Origin: a virus
Lineage: Duplodnaviria > Caudoviricetes
Direction: 5' to 3' (one strand)
IMG/VR virus record: IMGVR_UViG_3300020179_000033
Location: 1 to 60,561 of that record
DNA length: 60,561 bases
Shown here: positions 9,625 through 19,832 of the stretch, piece after piece
How the letters are laid out: every line of letters starts with the position of its first letter
Numbering within the stretch: position 1 is the first letter of the stretch
The notes under the pieces: generated by a model
What the model was told of the DNA's origin: nothing
Seen by the model: the letters and a program-made list of their open reading frames with translations, nothing else
Database searches by the model: none
Position numbers and translations under genes: made by a program

Positions 9625-10932
9625 ATGAATCACGTTTTTTCAATAGCTAGAAGCCGTACAGTAGATTCATCTAATTTGAGTGATGCAGAAGTAAACCCAC
9701 CTCTTTTAGTTACACCTAATGTAGCACAAACTGGTCCTGGTGTAGCAGACTCTAATTATACACAAGGTGGAACTACAGTAGATATTGTATCTGATTTTTA
9801 TTGGACTTATTCTAAACTTAAGGAAGCACGACAAGAAGTTCCTAGAATTATTTTAACAGAAAAGAGACTTAAAGCCAATGCTTTAATAAGCCAATTAAAA
9901 TACTCTTTTGGTGTAACAAAAGATACAGTTACCGCTGCGGTTAATAAATTACCAGAAAATATAAAAAATGATTTGAACGATTTTTTTAAAAATGCAGAAG
10001 AAAAAACGGGTATTGGTAAAAAAACTAGTGAGTTTTTTAATCAATTTGACGCGTTACAGGATAATAATGATATATATGATAATAATCCTTATTTAAGACC
10101 ATATAGAAATCTTTACATTACTGAACCTACAGGGTGGCAGTTTGTATTTCCTTACTTTGAAAATTATTCCGGTCTTCAAGCTAATGCATTTTCTGACGAT
10201 GCTCCTAACCCCTTCTTAGGAATTCTTAAAAAAGCAGCAGAGGGGTTAACTGATTTAGCTTCTACAGCAGCAATATTAAGAGGACCAGCTTCAATAAGTT
10301 TTGTAGAAAAATCTAAGTTTTACAGTTATAGTACTGATGGAGAAGATATAACCTTTACTTTCCCTCTTATCAATACCGGATCTGTTTCTTTTGAAGATGT
10401 AATCAGAAACTGGGAATTATTATTTCTACTTCTTTACAATAATAAACCTGCTCGCAGAAACACCGCTTTAATAGATCCACCAAACATTTATCAAGTCGAA
10501 ATACCCGGGGTAAAATTTCTTCCGTTTTGTTATGTGTCAAGTATAGCTGTTGAATTTCAAGGCACTAGAAGAGAATTAACTTTTGATTTATCGTACATTG
10601 ATAATCTTAATCTTGAATCTGCATTACCTACATTTCAAGGAGGTATAGGGAATGCAGTAGGCGGAGTTATTCGTAATTTTCTTAATAATAAAGTAACTGA
10701 GGTTAAAGGATTTTTTAATCAACCAATCAGAAAAAAAATGACAACTATTATACCTGATGCTTATTTAGTTAAAGTAACCTTAAAAAGCCTTATTGCTGAT
10801 TCGAAGAATTTTATGTATTCTATAATTAATAATCAACCATTAGTAACTACAAGCGTATCCGATCAATCAGCTTTAGAAGCCGTTGCCCAAGCAAGAGAAC
10901 AGCTTCTAGTCAACCAAGGCCTAGGAAGGTAA
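9625..10932 (+). CDS. Baseplate tail tube cap (gp48-like)
   Basis: ITFTFPLINT...DPPNIYQVEIPG...PFCYVSSIAVEF tube-fold motifs; follows the tape measure gene. Confidence 0.5.
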   Translation: MNHVFSIARSRTVDSSNLSDAEVNPPLLVTPNVAQTGPGVADSNYTQGGTTVDIVSDFYWTYSKLKEARQEVPRIILTEKRLKANALISQLKYSFGVTKDTVTAAVNKLPENIKNDLNDFFKNAEEKTGIGKKTSEFFNQFDALQDNNDIYDNNPYLRPYRNLYITEPTGWQFVFPYFENYSGLQANAFSDDAPNPFLGILKKAAEGLTDLASTAAILRGPASISFVEKSKFYSYSTDGEDITFTFPLINTGSVSFEDVIRNWELLFLLLYNNKPARRNTALIDPPNIYQVEIPGVKFLPFCYVSSIAVEFQGTRRELTFDLSYIDNLNLESALPTFQGGIGNAVGGVIRNFLNNKVTEVKGFFNQPIRKKMTTIIPDAYLVKVTLKSLIADSKNFMYSIINNQPLVTTSVSDQSALEAVAQAREQLLVNQGLGR

Positions 10933-10933
10933 A

Positions 10934-11302
10934 ATGAGTAATTTAGGTATATATCAAAATAAACTTGCAGATTTACCAGTTTTAAAAAATTTCAGATATG
11001 AAAATATTTTTAGGGTGTACAAAAATAAAGAAAATAATTATTATTATAATTTATTGCAGTCTATTTTTATGCCTGAAAGTCTTAATGAAGATTTAATCTA
11101 TTATCAATCAATTAATTCAAAAACTCCCTGGACACTAGTAAGTTTTAATGCTTACAAAACTATAGAACTGTGGTGGCTTATTTGTCTAACCAACCAAATT
11201 TTTAATCCAGTAAAATTTCCAGATAGAGGAACTATACTTAAGATTATTAAACCACAGTATGTACCGAATATATTGAATGAAATCAAACAAGCATTAAAGT
11301 AA
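10934..11302 (+). CDS. gp53: Baseplate wedge subunit, LysM-like
   Basis: PWTLVSFNAYKTIELWWLICLTNQIFNP...GTILKI is the gp53/LysM signature. Confidence 0.75.
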   Translation: MSNLGIYQNKLADLPVLKNFRYENIFRVYKNKENNYYYNLLQSIFMPESLNEDLIYYQSINSKTPWTLVSFNAYKTIELWWLICLTNQIFNPVKFPDRGTILKIIKPQYVPNILNEIKQALK

Positions 11303-11305
11303 TAT

Positions 11306-12865
11306 ATGGCTGATTCTGTTGCTTACGATAGAAATTTTGACAACATTATAAACGGTAATAATTATCGATTTAATGTAGGTTTAGTTACTGCAGATGGTAG
11401 ATATCAAGAGTTAAAAATAGCTTCTATTAATTCTCTAGTTATAGAAGATCAGTTTACAGATTTTTTTCATAAAGGGTATATAATAATTAATAATCGTTAT
11501 GATGGAGTTGAGAGGTTAGCAGATGTTAAAAACAAGGAACGGTTAACGGTGTCTCCAAATTTTGTACCAGATAAAGGATTTATTTTTAGAGGAGATTCAA
11601 GAGATTTTTTATTAATTGATATTATGCCTAAATTAGATGATGCACAGTACGGATTTAACGACAACGCTAAAGCAAACAAAGTTTTTAGAATATTATTTAC
11701 ATTTTCAATTTATAATACAGAGGAAATAGCGGGCGAACTACCTGGTGAAAAATTTAAAAAACTATATTTTTGGGATATCTATTATGATCTTTTAAGGAAT
11801 AAAAATTCTTATTTTTCAACATCAAACTGTTTAATTAATAAACAAGATACCATATATCTTTCTAATGCAGATAGAGGAATATCTACCGGTACAGCCATTA
11901 AAAAGTTCTTAGAAGATTTTTTTAATAAAGAAGATGGCCTTTCAGTAGCGATTAATGAAGAAGAATTTGATGCCGGCAGTACATCTATATTTTTTTCTGC
12001 TCCTGCTAGATTTAAGGGAATTGATTGTTTAAAATATCTATTAAGCAGACATATTTCTGATGCTAATAATAATTTTGATCAAGGATTTTTAAGAAAAAGT
12101 AGAAGCGATGCAACTTTTAGTCTTCAAAGTTTAGGTTCTATTTTTAAAAAAGCACTTACTGAAAACAGCCCTTCTATTGGTCAGTACTATTTAGAGACAT
12201 TTAAGCTAGGTGAATATTCAGACTCTAGTAATGAGTTTGTAATAGAAAGCGTAGCATTTACACCACCTAATTCTCTTTACCTAGGAAAATATGGCACCAT
12301 AAGCAACTTTGTTTACGACCCAATGCCCGGTGAATACTCACAACAAGACGTAGTAACAACATTAGTACACAGCTACAATTACGATGATAAATCCTTTAAT
12401 ATCGATCAAGATAGAAATACTATAATGTCAGCACTTTCTGTTTACGGTAAAAACTATGTTGAACCATTTAATAAGCTTTGCCCTGATGATAATGCTTATA
12501 TAAACTTTTATCCAGGTGAATATAGGCTTCAACAAAAAAATGTAAAGAACGTTTTAGCGGTAGTAGAGGTAAATGCAGATCAAAGACTAGCAGCAGGAAG
12601 AAATAAAACTCTTTTTAATAATATATTTTTAAATAACACAGTGTTATTTAAAGTACCCGGGTCTACTCATAGGCAAGCAGGTAGATTTATAGGAATTAAT
12701 AGAGAAGGGGCCACTGCATACAGTGATTTTGATAGTAAAATTTTAGGTGTATATTTTGTTATTGAAGTTAAACATATTTTTGAAGGTAATGATTACTATA
12801 ATGAATTAAGATGCGTAAAAACTTATAGTTATGATAACTTATTTTTAAATACTAAGAGCAGATAA
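11306..12865 (+). CDS. Baseplate hub protein (gp27-like)
   Basis: SLVIEDQFTDFFHKGYIII near the N-terminus; VPGSTHRQAGRFI...GVYFVIEVKHIF...LRCVK at the C-terminus. Confidence 0.65.
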   Translation: MADSVAYDRNFDNIINGNNYRFNVGLVTADGRYQELKIASINSLVIEDQFTDFFHKGYIIINNRYDGVERLADVKNKERLTVSPNFVPDKGFIFRGDSRDFLLIDIMPKLDDAQYGFNDNAKANKVFRILFTFSIYNTEEIAGELPGEKFKKLYFWDIYYDLLRNKNSYFSTSNCLINKQDTIYLSNADRGISTGTAIKKFLEDFFNKEDGLSVAINEEEFDAGSTSIFFSAPARFKGIDCLKYLLSRHISDANNNFDQGFLRKSRSDATFSLQSLGSIFKKALTENSPSIGQYYLETFKLGEYSDSSNEFVIESVAFTPPNSLYLGKYGTISNFVYDPMPGEYSQQDVVTTLVHSYNYDDKSFNIDQDRNTIMSALSVYGKNYVEPFNKLCPDDNAYINFYPGEYRLQQKNVKNVLAVVEVNADQRLAAGRNKTLFNNIFLNNTVLFKVPGSTHRQAGRFIGINREGATAYSDFDSKILGVYFVIEVKHIFEGNDYYNELRCVKTYSYDNLFLNTKSR

Positions 12866-12866
12866 A

Positions 12867-14918
12867 ATGATTAAAACCTCTACAAAGACATTATATCCAG
12901 AATTAGTAGATTCAAATATTGCTAATTCTGTTGAATTTGTAAAAAAATATTCAAATTTTTTACCTAGAATAGGTAGTATAAATTATACATCACCTGGGCA
13001 AACTACAGATTCTGTAGTATCACAAAATACACCAGGTATTAAGGAAGATGGTTCTTATGAGATGGATGTCCGTGTTACAGGGTATTCACCAGATGAGCCT
13101 ACAGCTGATGAATATACCAAGCAAGGACTTGCCTCTAAAACAAATACTTACGGAAAATTACGTGCTGGTTATAGTGTTGCGGTAGACCCTAATGTTATTC
13201 CTTATGGTAGCAGAATTTCAATACCAGGGTTAGGAGATAGTTTTGTAGCAATGGATACTGGTGGAGCGGTAGTAAGCCGTAAAGCTAGTAGAAGAACAGG
13301 CGGTCAACCAATAGTAGACGTATATTTTGACTCCTACAATCAGCAATTACAGTTTGAAAGAACAAGTAAGCCCGTTTTAACCGCTAAAATCTATCCCCCA
13401 GATGGTAGTGTTATACCTAGTAATACACAAACAGATAAATCTCAGCAACAAGAATTAACACCCGTAGGTGATCTTACCCCACAATTAGAAGCTTCTATCA
13501 ATTATTGGAACGCTAAAAAAAGCGGAGACCCTGTCACAGCGTTAGTAAAGTTTTTTGAATTATTAGATACAAGTATTTTAAAAGAATTTAATAATGATTT
13601 TGTATTTTATTGGTTTAAAAAGTTAAACTCTACTTTAGAAATTGTCAAATCACAGATAGGTTTACGAAGTGATTCGTTATTAGATGAGCCGAGTGATAGC
13701 ATTGGTCTTTTGGTTAATGTAAAAAACAAGTTTGATGATAGTGTATCTCCAATTACTGATGTTGTTTTATCGTATGGACCACCTAATACAGTGCCTGTTT
13801 CATTAAAAAACAAGCTAAGTAATGCTAGTAGCAGTGTAATAAATGAGCTTAATACTAAAAATACAATTTTAATGAAGGGCAATTTACTCAATATAGTTAA
13901 AACAAGCGACCCCACAAGTATTATAACAGATACAACCCAGTCACATGGGTTAAACTTAATGACAGACTATTACTTTTATCAGAATTTTTATAAAAATATA
14001 GATTCTTTCGTTAATGAACTGTTTTCTGAATTTGAAAACACTAAAGAATATATTTCCTTCTTTAGTAATGTAAATGATAAAACTGGATATAACTGTAGAA
14101 ACTATACAAACTGTAATTTACAGCAAATGACTAACATAAGTTTTGATATGTCAGTCGAAAAAATAACTGAATCTTTAGATATTCTTAAAAATAGATTAAA
14201 AGAGTCTATGAGTTCTAAAACAATAAAGAATACTCTTGCTGTAGGTCAACAACTAGTAAATAAACCAACGCTTACAACCAAGGAAATTAACGATAAATTT
14301 AACTACAAACAAAGAACCTTTAACGTAATACCTATTTCAAAAACAACTACTGCAATATCTAACGCTAGAGGAGCTATTCAAAATCTTCAATTACCTAATG
14401 CTAACATATCTAGATTAAATATTGCTGCACAAAAAACAGGTATAGCTGATATTCCTGTTGCTTCGCAGTATTTAGGCAGTGCAAGCGAGCTTTCAAACTC
14501 TATAACTAACTTTGATGTAGTAAAACAAACAGGTAATTTAAATATGCCTTTAGAATTACCGTCATTAAACGCAGGCAGTTTTCCTGAACTAGCAGCAATA
14601 GCAACAAATACGAGCTTTGATACCCCTAATCCTCAGGCTATTTTAGCTCAAGCTGAACAACTCAAGAATACTATATGTGATTTTAAGTTACCTGTTATTG
14701 GTAATTTTGATTTTAAGTCCCTAACAAACGCAGACATAGATTTTGATCCTGAATCTTTAGGTAAAAGACTTAAAGCATTATTACCTAAGATAACTCTACC
14801 TAAAACTGATGACTTTAAGAATATGTTCAAGAAGTTTAAACCTAACTTCAACAACCTTTGGAAGGATTTTTATGCTAAATATTTTGAATGTAAAGATAAA
14901 GGCAATAATTTAGCTTGA
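12867..14918 (+). CDS. Tail-associated protein with a 3D (MltA-like lytic transglycosylase) domain
   Basis: VRVTGYS...VAVDPNVIPYGSRISIPG...VAMDTGGAV...IVDVYF carries the three Asp residues of the 3D domain; the remainder is unrecognised. Confidence 0.75.
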   Translation: MIKTSTKTLYPELVDSNIANSVEFVKKYSNFLPRIGSINYTSPGQTTDSVVSQNTPGIKEDGSYEMDVRVTGYSPDEPTADEYTKQGLASKTNTYGKLRAGYSVAVDPNVIPYGSRISIPGLGDSFVAMDTGGAVVSRKASRRTGGQPIVDVYFDSYNQQLQFERTSKPVLTAKIYPPDGSVIPSNTQTDKSQQQELTPVGDLTPQLEASINYWNAKKSGDPVTALVKFFELLDTSILKEFNNDFVFYWFKKLNSTLEIVKSQIGLRSDSLLDEPSDSIGLLVNVKNKFDDSVSPITDVVLSYGPPNTVPVSLKNKLSNASSSVINELNTKNTILMKGNLLNIVKTSDPTSIITDTTQSHGLNLMTDYYFYQNFYKNIDSFVNELFSEFENTKEYISFFSNVNDKTGYNCRNYTNCNLQQMTNISFDMSVEKITESLDILKNRLKESMSSKTIKNTLAVGQQLVNKPTLTTKEINDKFNYKQRTFNVIPISKTTTAISNARGAIQNLQLPNANISRLNIAAQKTGIADIPVASQYLGSASELSNSITNFDVVKQTGNLNMPLELPSLNAGSFPELAAIATNTSFDTPNPQAILAQAEQLKNTICDFKLPVIGNFDFKSLTNADIDFDPESLGKRLKALLPKITLPKTDDFKNMFKKFKPNFNNLWKDFYAKYFECKDKGNNLA

Positions 14919-15374
14919 TGGTTCAATATCTATTATTTTTGCACTAGTATTAGCACTATCTATTAACATTTTAAACACTTGCTCTCTTGTTGCTAATAGC
15001 TTTTGAGTTGTATCAGCTTCTTTTAATTCTTTTCTAGAAGAAATATCCATATGTTTTGCTTTAATTAACGTCTCGTTCTTTTTATCAGTTACAATTATTT
15101 TGTTTAAAGTCTCAATAGCCGTAGATGTTGCAGCTATTAATTCAGCTAGTGACCCCACATCCTTACTTTCTGGTGCAGAAGATATATATTCTTTTACATT
15201 TGAAACAACCTCTAAACTTTCTTCTACTAATTTACCGGCTTTTTCGACTACAAACCTTTCCATGTCTTCTTTTTTAAGAGGATTAGACTCTTTTTTAGCC
15301 TCTTCCGCTTTTTTGTTAGCATCATTAAGTTGTTCTAACAAATCACCTACCATTTCATTAAGCTCTTCGCTCAT
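14910..15374 (-). CDS. Putative terminase small subunit (T4 gp16-like)
   Basis: Helical protein with GKLVEESLEVV...SAPESKDVGSLAELIAATSTAIETL and C-terminal LATREQVFKML. Start moved to ATG 15374, 5 nt after TAAATA. Confidence 0.5.
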   Translation of the reverse strand: MSEELNEMVGDLLEQLNDANKKAEEAKKESNPLKKEDMERFVVEKAGKLVEESLEVVSNVKEYISSAPESKDVGSLAELIAATSTAIETLNKIIVTDKKNETLIKAKHMDISSRKELKEADTTQKLLATREQVFKMLIDSANTSAKIIDIEPSS

Positions 15375-15379
15375 AATAT

Positions 15380-15385
15380 TATTTA
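15380..15385 (-). promoter_or_regulatory. Late promoter core TAAATA
   Basis: 5 nt before ATG 15374. Confidence 0.65.
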
Positions 15386-15392
15386 TCATACG

Positions 15393-15419
15393 TTGATTAT
15401 TATAAACATATATTATAAT
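15393..15419 (+). promoter_or_regulatory. Sigma70-type promoter of dut
   Basis: TTGATT-15 nt-TATAAT, then 6 nt to ATG 15426; the spacer is short. Confidence 0.45.
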
Positions 15420-15425
15420 AGGTAT

Positions 15426-15893
15426 ATGTATAATGTTTCTAAAGATAGTGATCCGAATATTCAGTTTTTACCGGCTCTTAAGTTTGAAAAAACACATGAT
15501 TTAGCTAAACTACCAACTAAAAACCATGAATCCGATACCGGATACGATGTTTATTCGGTTGAAGATAAGATTTTACCTGCCAAAGGAAGTAATGTGGTGG
15601 GAGTAGGTCTTAAGTTCGCCTCAATTCCTGAGGGTTACTGGGTAAAAGTAGAATCTAGAAGCGGCTTAGGATTTAAGCATAGTATTTTAGCCCACCCGGG
15701 TATTATTGACTGTGGATATAGAGGTGATGCAGGTGTTAAGCTTTATAATCTTTCAGATATAGATTATGAGATTAAGCAAGGTGATAGAATTGCTCAATTT
15801 GTTGTTTATTTAAACGTTTCAATGCCTGTAGAGTGGGGGAAAGTAGAGAATAGCGATAGAGGTGAAAAGGGCTTTGGTTCTTCTGGTAAATAA
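15426..15893 (+). CDS. dut: Trimeric dUTPase
   Basis: All five motifs present: DTGYDV, SRSGLG, GIIDCGYRG, GDRIAQ, RGEKGFGSSG. Confidence 0.96.
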   Translation: MYNVSKDSDPNIQFLPALKFEKTHDLAKLPTKNHESDTGYDVYSVEDKILPAKGSNVVGVGLKFASIPEGYWVKVESRSGLGFKHSILAHPGIIDCGYRGDAGVKLYNLSDIDYEIKQGDRIAQFVVYLNVSMPVEWGKVENSDRGEKGFGSSGK

Positions 15894-16825
15894 TGAGTTT
15901 AAATTTTAATAATCTTTGGGTTGAGAAGTATAGACCTGCCTTATTATCTGATTTTATTATATCAGATAATAATAAATCTATTATAGAATCATATAAAACA
16001 CAAAAAGAGATACCCAACTTACTTTTTATAGGTACACCTGGTATAGGAAAAACTACATTAGCTAAAATTTTAGTAAATGAGCTATTAGAATGTCAATATC
16101 TCTATATAAATGCTAGTGATGAAAACGGTATTGATACCATTAGGACTAAGGTTACTAGCTTTGCACAGACTAAAAGCATTGACGGTAAGATAAAAGTAAT
16201 TATTTTAGACGAGACTGACGGTCTTTCAATCGATGCTCAACGCGCATTAAGAAATACTATGGAGGAATTTGCTAAAATAACAAGATTTATTCTTACTGCA
16301 AATTATAAACATAGAGTTATAACAGCATTACAAAGTAGATGTCAGAGCCTTGATCTTACGCCCTCAATTGATGGTGTTGTTAAGAGATGTGTACACATTC
16401 TAAAGACTGAAAAAGTTTTAATTGCAGTTGAGGAAAAACAAAAGTTAATGGATTTTATAAAAGCCTTTTATCCAGACCTAAGAAAATGTATTAATGAGCT
16501 TCAAAAGTCGTCAGCCAGCGGCTCACTTAAGCTTTTAGATGGTTTTAACGATGATGTACTAAAATTAATTTATGATCAGATAAAAAGTAAAAACGTTTTA
16601 GCATTAAGAAAAGCATTAATAGAAAATGAACAACAGTTTAACAGCGACTACGTAACTTTAATGAGAAATTTGTTTAATTTTATAGATAGTTTAGATATTA
16701 CTACTAATATTAAAAAGAAATATTTGCTAACGTTAGCTGAACATTTATATAGGAGTAGTTTTGTAGTAGACCAGGAAATTAATTGCTACTCTTGCTTTAT
16801 TACGATGTCGGAAATTACTTCTTAG
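15893..16825 (+). CDS. gp44: Sliding clamp loader AAA+ subunit (T4 gp44 / RFC small subunit family)
   Basis: WVEKYRP, Walker A GTPGIGKT, NASDENGID, Walker B ILDETD, QSRC. Confidence 0.93.
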   Translation: MSLNFNNLWVEKYRPALLSDFIISDNNKSIIESYKTQKEIPNLLFIGTPGIGKTTLAKILVNELLECQYLYINASDENGIDTIRTKVTSFAQTKSIDGKIKVIILDETDGLSIDAQRALRNTMEEFAKITRFILTANYKHRVITALQSRCQSLDLTPSIDGVVKRCVHILKTEKVLIAVEEKQKLMDFIKAFYPDLRKCINELQKSSASGSLKLLDGFNDDVLKLIYDQIKSKNVLALRKALIENEQQFNSDYVTLMRNLFNFIDSLDITTNIKKKYLLTLAEHLYRSSFVVDQEINCYSCFITMSEITS

Positions 16826-17417
16826 GTAGATATTTGTAGGTATAAGAAGCGGGGTCGGGGCTTACCGGGGTAGAGGGTATCTTAACGTTAGTATTTAAAA
16901 GCTCTCTATCACCTTTTGAAAGCTTTTTATTACCTAAATCGGATAAACGTGTATCTCCAGGGGAGATAAAGGGAACTTCTTCACTTTCATCTTTTACTTT
17001 CTTAGGCTTGATATTCACACGCGTAGAAGGGTCATCTTTCTTAAAAACCTCAGGTACGTCAGGTAAATTAGGGTAAGAACTCTTTGGTTGCAGCATTCTA
17101 CCAGGAACAGTAACAAAGTCCATATATCTACCAGGTGCAATCTCAGATGTAATATCAACATTATATTCTGTACCGGTGTAGTCAGTGTTACCAGCACCTT
17201 GAACAGCGGGTAATACGCTTTTAATATTAGTTACTCTTAAATTTAAACCACTATTTACCATGGATTGAATCTTTTCTTTAGTGTTTTCGCCTAATGCTTT
17301 ATACCACGAGTCATTAAATGCACCTTCTTTAAAAATAACAACATCACCTGCTAGTAATCCACCTAAAGTATATCTTTGCATGGCGGATTCATATAATTCG
17401 ACAAAATTACGCTTCAT
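16815..17417 (-). CDS. Hypothetical late protein, possibly capsid-internal
   Basis: 200-aa ORF with TAAATA 6 nt upstream; N-terminal FVELYES resembles L-x-E prohead-protease sites (inference). Confidence 0.6.
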   Translation of the reverse strand: MKRNFVELYESAMQRYTLGGLLAGDVVIFKEGAFNDSWYKALGENTKEKIQSMVNSGLNLRVTNIKSVLPAVQGAGNTDYTGTEYNVDITSEIAPGRYMDFVTVPGRMLQPKSSYPNLPDVPEVFKKDDPSTRVNIKPKKVKDESEEVPFISPGDTRLSDLGNKKLSKGDRELLNTNVKIPSTPVSPDPASYTYKYLPKK

Positions 17418-17423
17418 TTAAAT

Positions 17424-17429
17424 TATTTA
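17424..17429 (-). promoter_or_regulatory. Late promoter core TAAATA
   Basis: 6 nt before ATG 17417; divergent from the gp25 promoter. Confidence 0.65.
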
Positions 17430-17474
17430 TTCTCTTTACATTTAATAAAACTAATTTTAAAAGAATAAAAATGG

Positions 17475-17482
17475 TATAAATA
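17475..17482 (+). promoter_or_regulatory. Perfect T4 late promoter TATAAATA
   Basis: 5 nt before GTG 17488. Confidence 0.8.
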
Positions 17483-17487
17483 ATATC

Positions 17488-17970
17488 GTGGCCACAATAA
17501 AAATAGAATCTGTTGCTCAACAAGATAAATCACAAAGTAACTTTACGTTTACCGATTTAAAACTAGATTTAGAGTTTGATTATACGCAAAATAACGAATT
17601 ACTTAAGAGAAAAGAGATTAAAGATATAAAAATAGACTACGATTATGCAGCTATTCGTAATTCTATCTTTAATTTACTTAATACAACACCCGGTCAGCGT
17701 ATTTTAAATCCATTTTTTGGTGTTAACCTTCAAAAGTATCTTTTCAATAGAGTTAATGAAATACAAGCGTTTAACATAGGTACAGATATAGTACAAGCCA
17801 TTTCTAAATTTGAACCAAGAGTTATAGTACAAAACGTAAATGTAGAAGCAGATGAAGTTAACCAGCAATATAACATTACACTTACTCTCGGTCTTGTAAC
17901 TATTGATACTACTACTAGTTTTAGACTGGTAGGTACATTAAGTAATTCAGGACTATTTTTAAATAACTAA
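17488..17970 (+). CDS. gp25: Baseplate wedge / sheath initiator
   Basis: AIRNSIFNLLNTTPGQRILNPFFGVNLQKYLF...ISKFEPRV. Confidence 0.93.
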   Translation: MATIKIESVAQQDKSQSNFTFTDLKLDLEFDYTQNNELLKRKEIKDIKIDYDYAAIRNSIFNLLNTTPGQRILNPFFGVNLQKYLFNRVNEIQAFNIGTDIVQAISKFEPRVIVQNVNVEADEVNQQYNITLTLGLVTIDTTTSFRLVGTLSNSGLFLNN

Positions 17971-17972
17971 TT

Positions 17973-19829
17973 ATGGCAACAACCTTTAACAATTTTGATC
18001 TTACTAATACAGGCTATGTTGCGTTCGATGCACTCAGTCTAAAAAGTTTAATTAATGCTAGGCTTAATAGTAAGAACTTCTTTACTGATCAAAATTTTGA
18101 AGGCAGTAACATCTCCTCAGTGATAGATATTATAGCCTATGCATACCATGTTTTAATTTTTTATCTTAACAGAACTAGTTCTGAGAGTACTTTTACTACT
18201 GCCGAGCTTTATGAAAATATAAACAAGATAGTAAAGCTAATTAACTATAATCCTATCGGGTATCAAACATCTATTTTATCATTTCTTGCTACAGCATCAG
18301 ATAGTTTACCGGTAAACATCTATACTATACCTCGATATTCATATTTTACTTTAAATGGTGTTAATTATTCGTTTAATAAGGATGTAACTTTTTCGAAAAA
18401 TATTTCAAGCTCAGAAGTTTTAGCCGATTTACAAGAAAATAACTTACTATACCAAGGTAGATTTACGGAATACCCTTTATATACTGCAACAGGTGAACCG
18501 TTTGAAGTCTTAACGCTAACAGTTACCGATCCAAATGGGGCAAATGATATTATTGATCATTTTAACGTTGATGTTTATGTTTTAGACAATACTCTACCTA
18601 CACCCGTATGGTCAAAATGGGAATCAACACAGTCATTATTTTTAGAAAAATCAAACGCACAAAAATATGAAATTAGATTAAATGAAAATCAAAGATATGA
18701 AATTAAATTCGGTAATAATGTCACGGGTAAGCAACTTAATAATGGCGATTCAGTAGCTATTTATTATTTAAAGTCCAACGGAACATCTGGTGAAGTAGGC
18801 CCTGGTATATTAGATAATAATAGATTGTTCTTTTTTAATACAGCTCAATTTAATCAAATAAAAGCAAGTGTTATACCCGGTAATTTAAACTTAATTACAA
18901 ACACAGAAGCTAGCTACATTACATTTTCAAATATAGATGCTTCTACTAATTTTGTAGATATTGAACCTGTAAGTAATATTAAGACAAATGCTATAAATTC
19001 ATTTAGAAGTCAGTACAGGTTAATAACATCCGATGACTTTACAAACTATGTTTTTAAAAATTACAGCAATATAATTTCATCTACAAGAGCTATTAATAAT
19101 TGGGATTATATTTCAGGTCATTTAAAATATTATTTTGACTTAGGGGTAGATAAACCTAACTTGCAAAGCAGAGTGCTATTCAATCAAGTTAAATTCTCTG
19201 ATTCGTGTAACTTTAATAATGTCTATATATATGCTGTACCTAGGTTAGAAAAATTAACATCCCTTACAACAAGAGCTAACTATTTAAACTCAGCTCAAAA
19301 ACAACTATTGCTTAATGATCTACAACAGGTAAAACTAACTACAGCAGAAATTATAGTAAACGACCCTGTTTATGTTGCTGTAGATTTAGGGGTACTGCGT
19401 CCTGGCGAAACACTAACCCCTGAAATAAGTGAAACCACTTTTCTTGAAATTACAAGAGAAATTACTGCTAAAAGAAACCCTGAATCTCTTAAAGACTCTA
19501 TTAAAACTATAATCTCAGATTATTTTTCAACTTCAAAAGATAATTTAGGAAAATTAATTAATTTAGGCGATCTTACCAATCAAATATTTGCACTAGAGGG
19601 TATAAAAGAAATTAATACTATACGTAGAATTAACGATACAATTATTAGGGTGCCAGGAATCAGCTTAATCATCTATAATCCCGTATACCCTTACAATGAT
19701 ATTACAATAACAACACAGGACACACAGCTACCTTATTTTAAGTTTCCGTTTTTAAACAATCCTTTAGACTTTGCAAATAAAATAGTCGTTGAAACACCAT
19801 CTATTCAAGTACTTCAGACGGAGTTTTAA
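17973..19829 (+). CDS. gp6: Baseplate wedge subunit
   Basis: FTDQNFEGSNISSVIDIIAY, YEIKFGNNVTGK, SQYRLITSDDF. Confidence 0.9.
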   Translation: MATTFNNFDLTNTGYVAFDALSLKSLINARLNSKNFFTDQNFEGSNISSVIDIIAYAYHVLIFYLNRTSSESTFTTAELYENINKIVKLINYNPIGYQTSILSFLATASDSLPVNIYTIPRYSYFTLNGVNYSFNKDVTFSKNISSSEVLADLQENNLLYQGRFTEYPLYTATGEPFEVLTLTVTDPNGANDIIDHFNVDVYVLDNTLPTPVWSKWESTQSLFLEKSNAQKYEIRLNENQRYEIKFGNNVTGKQLNNGDSVAIYYLKSNGTSGEVGPGILDNNRLFFFNTAQFNQIKASVIPGNLNLITNTEASYITFSNIDASTNFVDIEPVSNIKTNAINSFRSQYRLITSDDFTNYVFKNYSNIISSTRAINNWDYISGHLKYYFDLGVDKPNLQSRVLFNQVKFSDSCNFNNVYIYAVPRLEKLTSLTTRANYLNSAQKQLLLNDLQQVKLTTAEIIVNDPVYVAVDLGVLRPGETLTPEISETTFLEITREITAKRNPESLKDSIKTIISDYFSTSKDNLGKLINLGDLTNQIFALEGIKEINTIRRINDTIIRVPGISLIIYNPVYPYNDITITTQDTQLPYFKFPFLNNPLDFANKIVVETPSIQVLQTEF

Positions 19830-19832
19830 TAA

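Noticed and set aside
15374-15426. ORF-track starts at 15393 (dut) and 15389; likewise 277 and 45005
   Set aside because: They fall within promoter boxes, the upstream gene or a tRNA; downstream ATGs at 15426, 15374, 307 and 44990 fit better.
2070-19829. Bacterial eCIS, tailocin or T6SS locus
   Set aside because: T4-type late promoters, clamp loader, dUTPase, a terS-like gene and phage-style tRNAs indicate a lytic phage genome.
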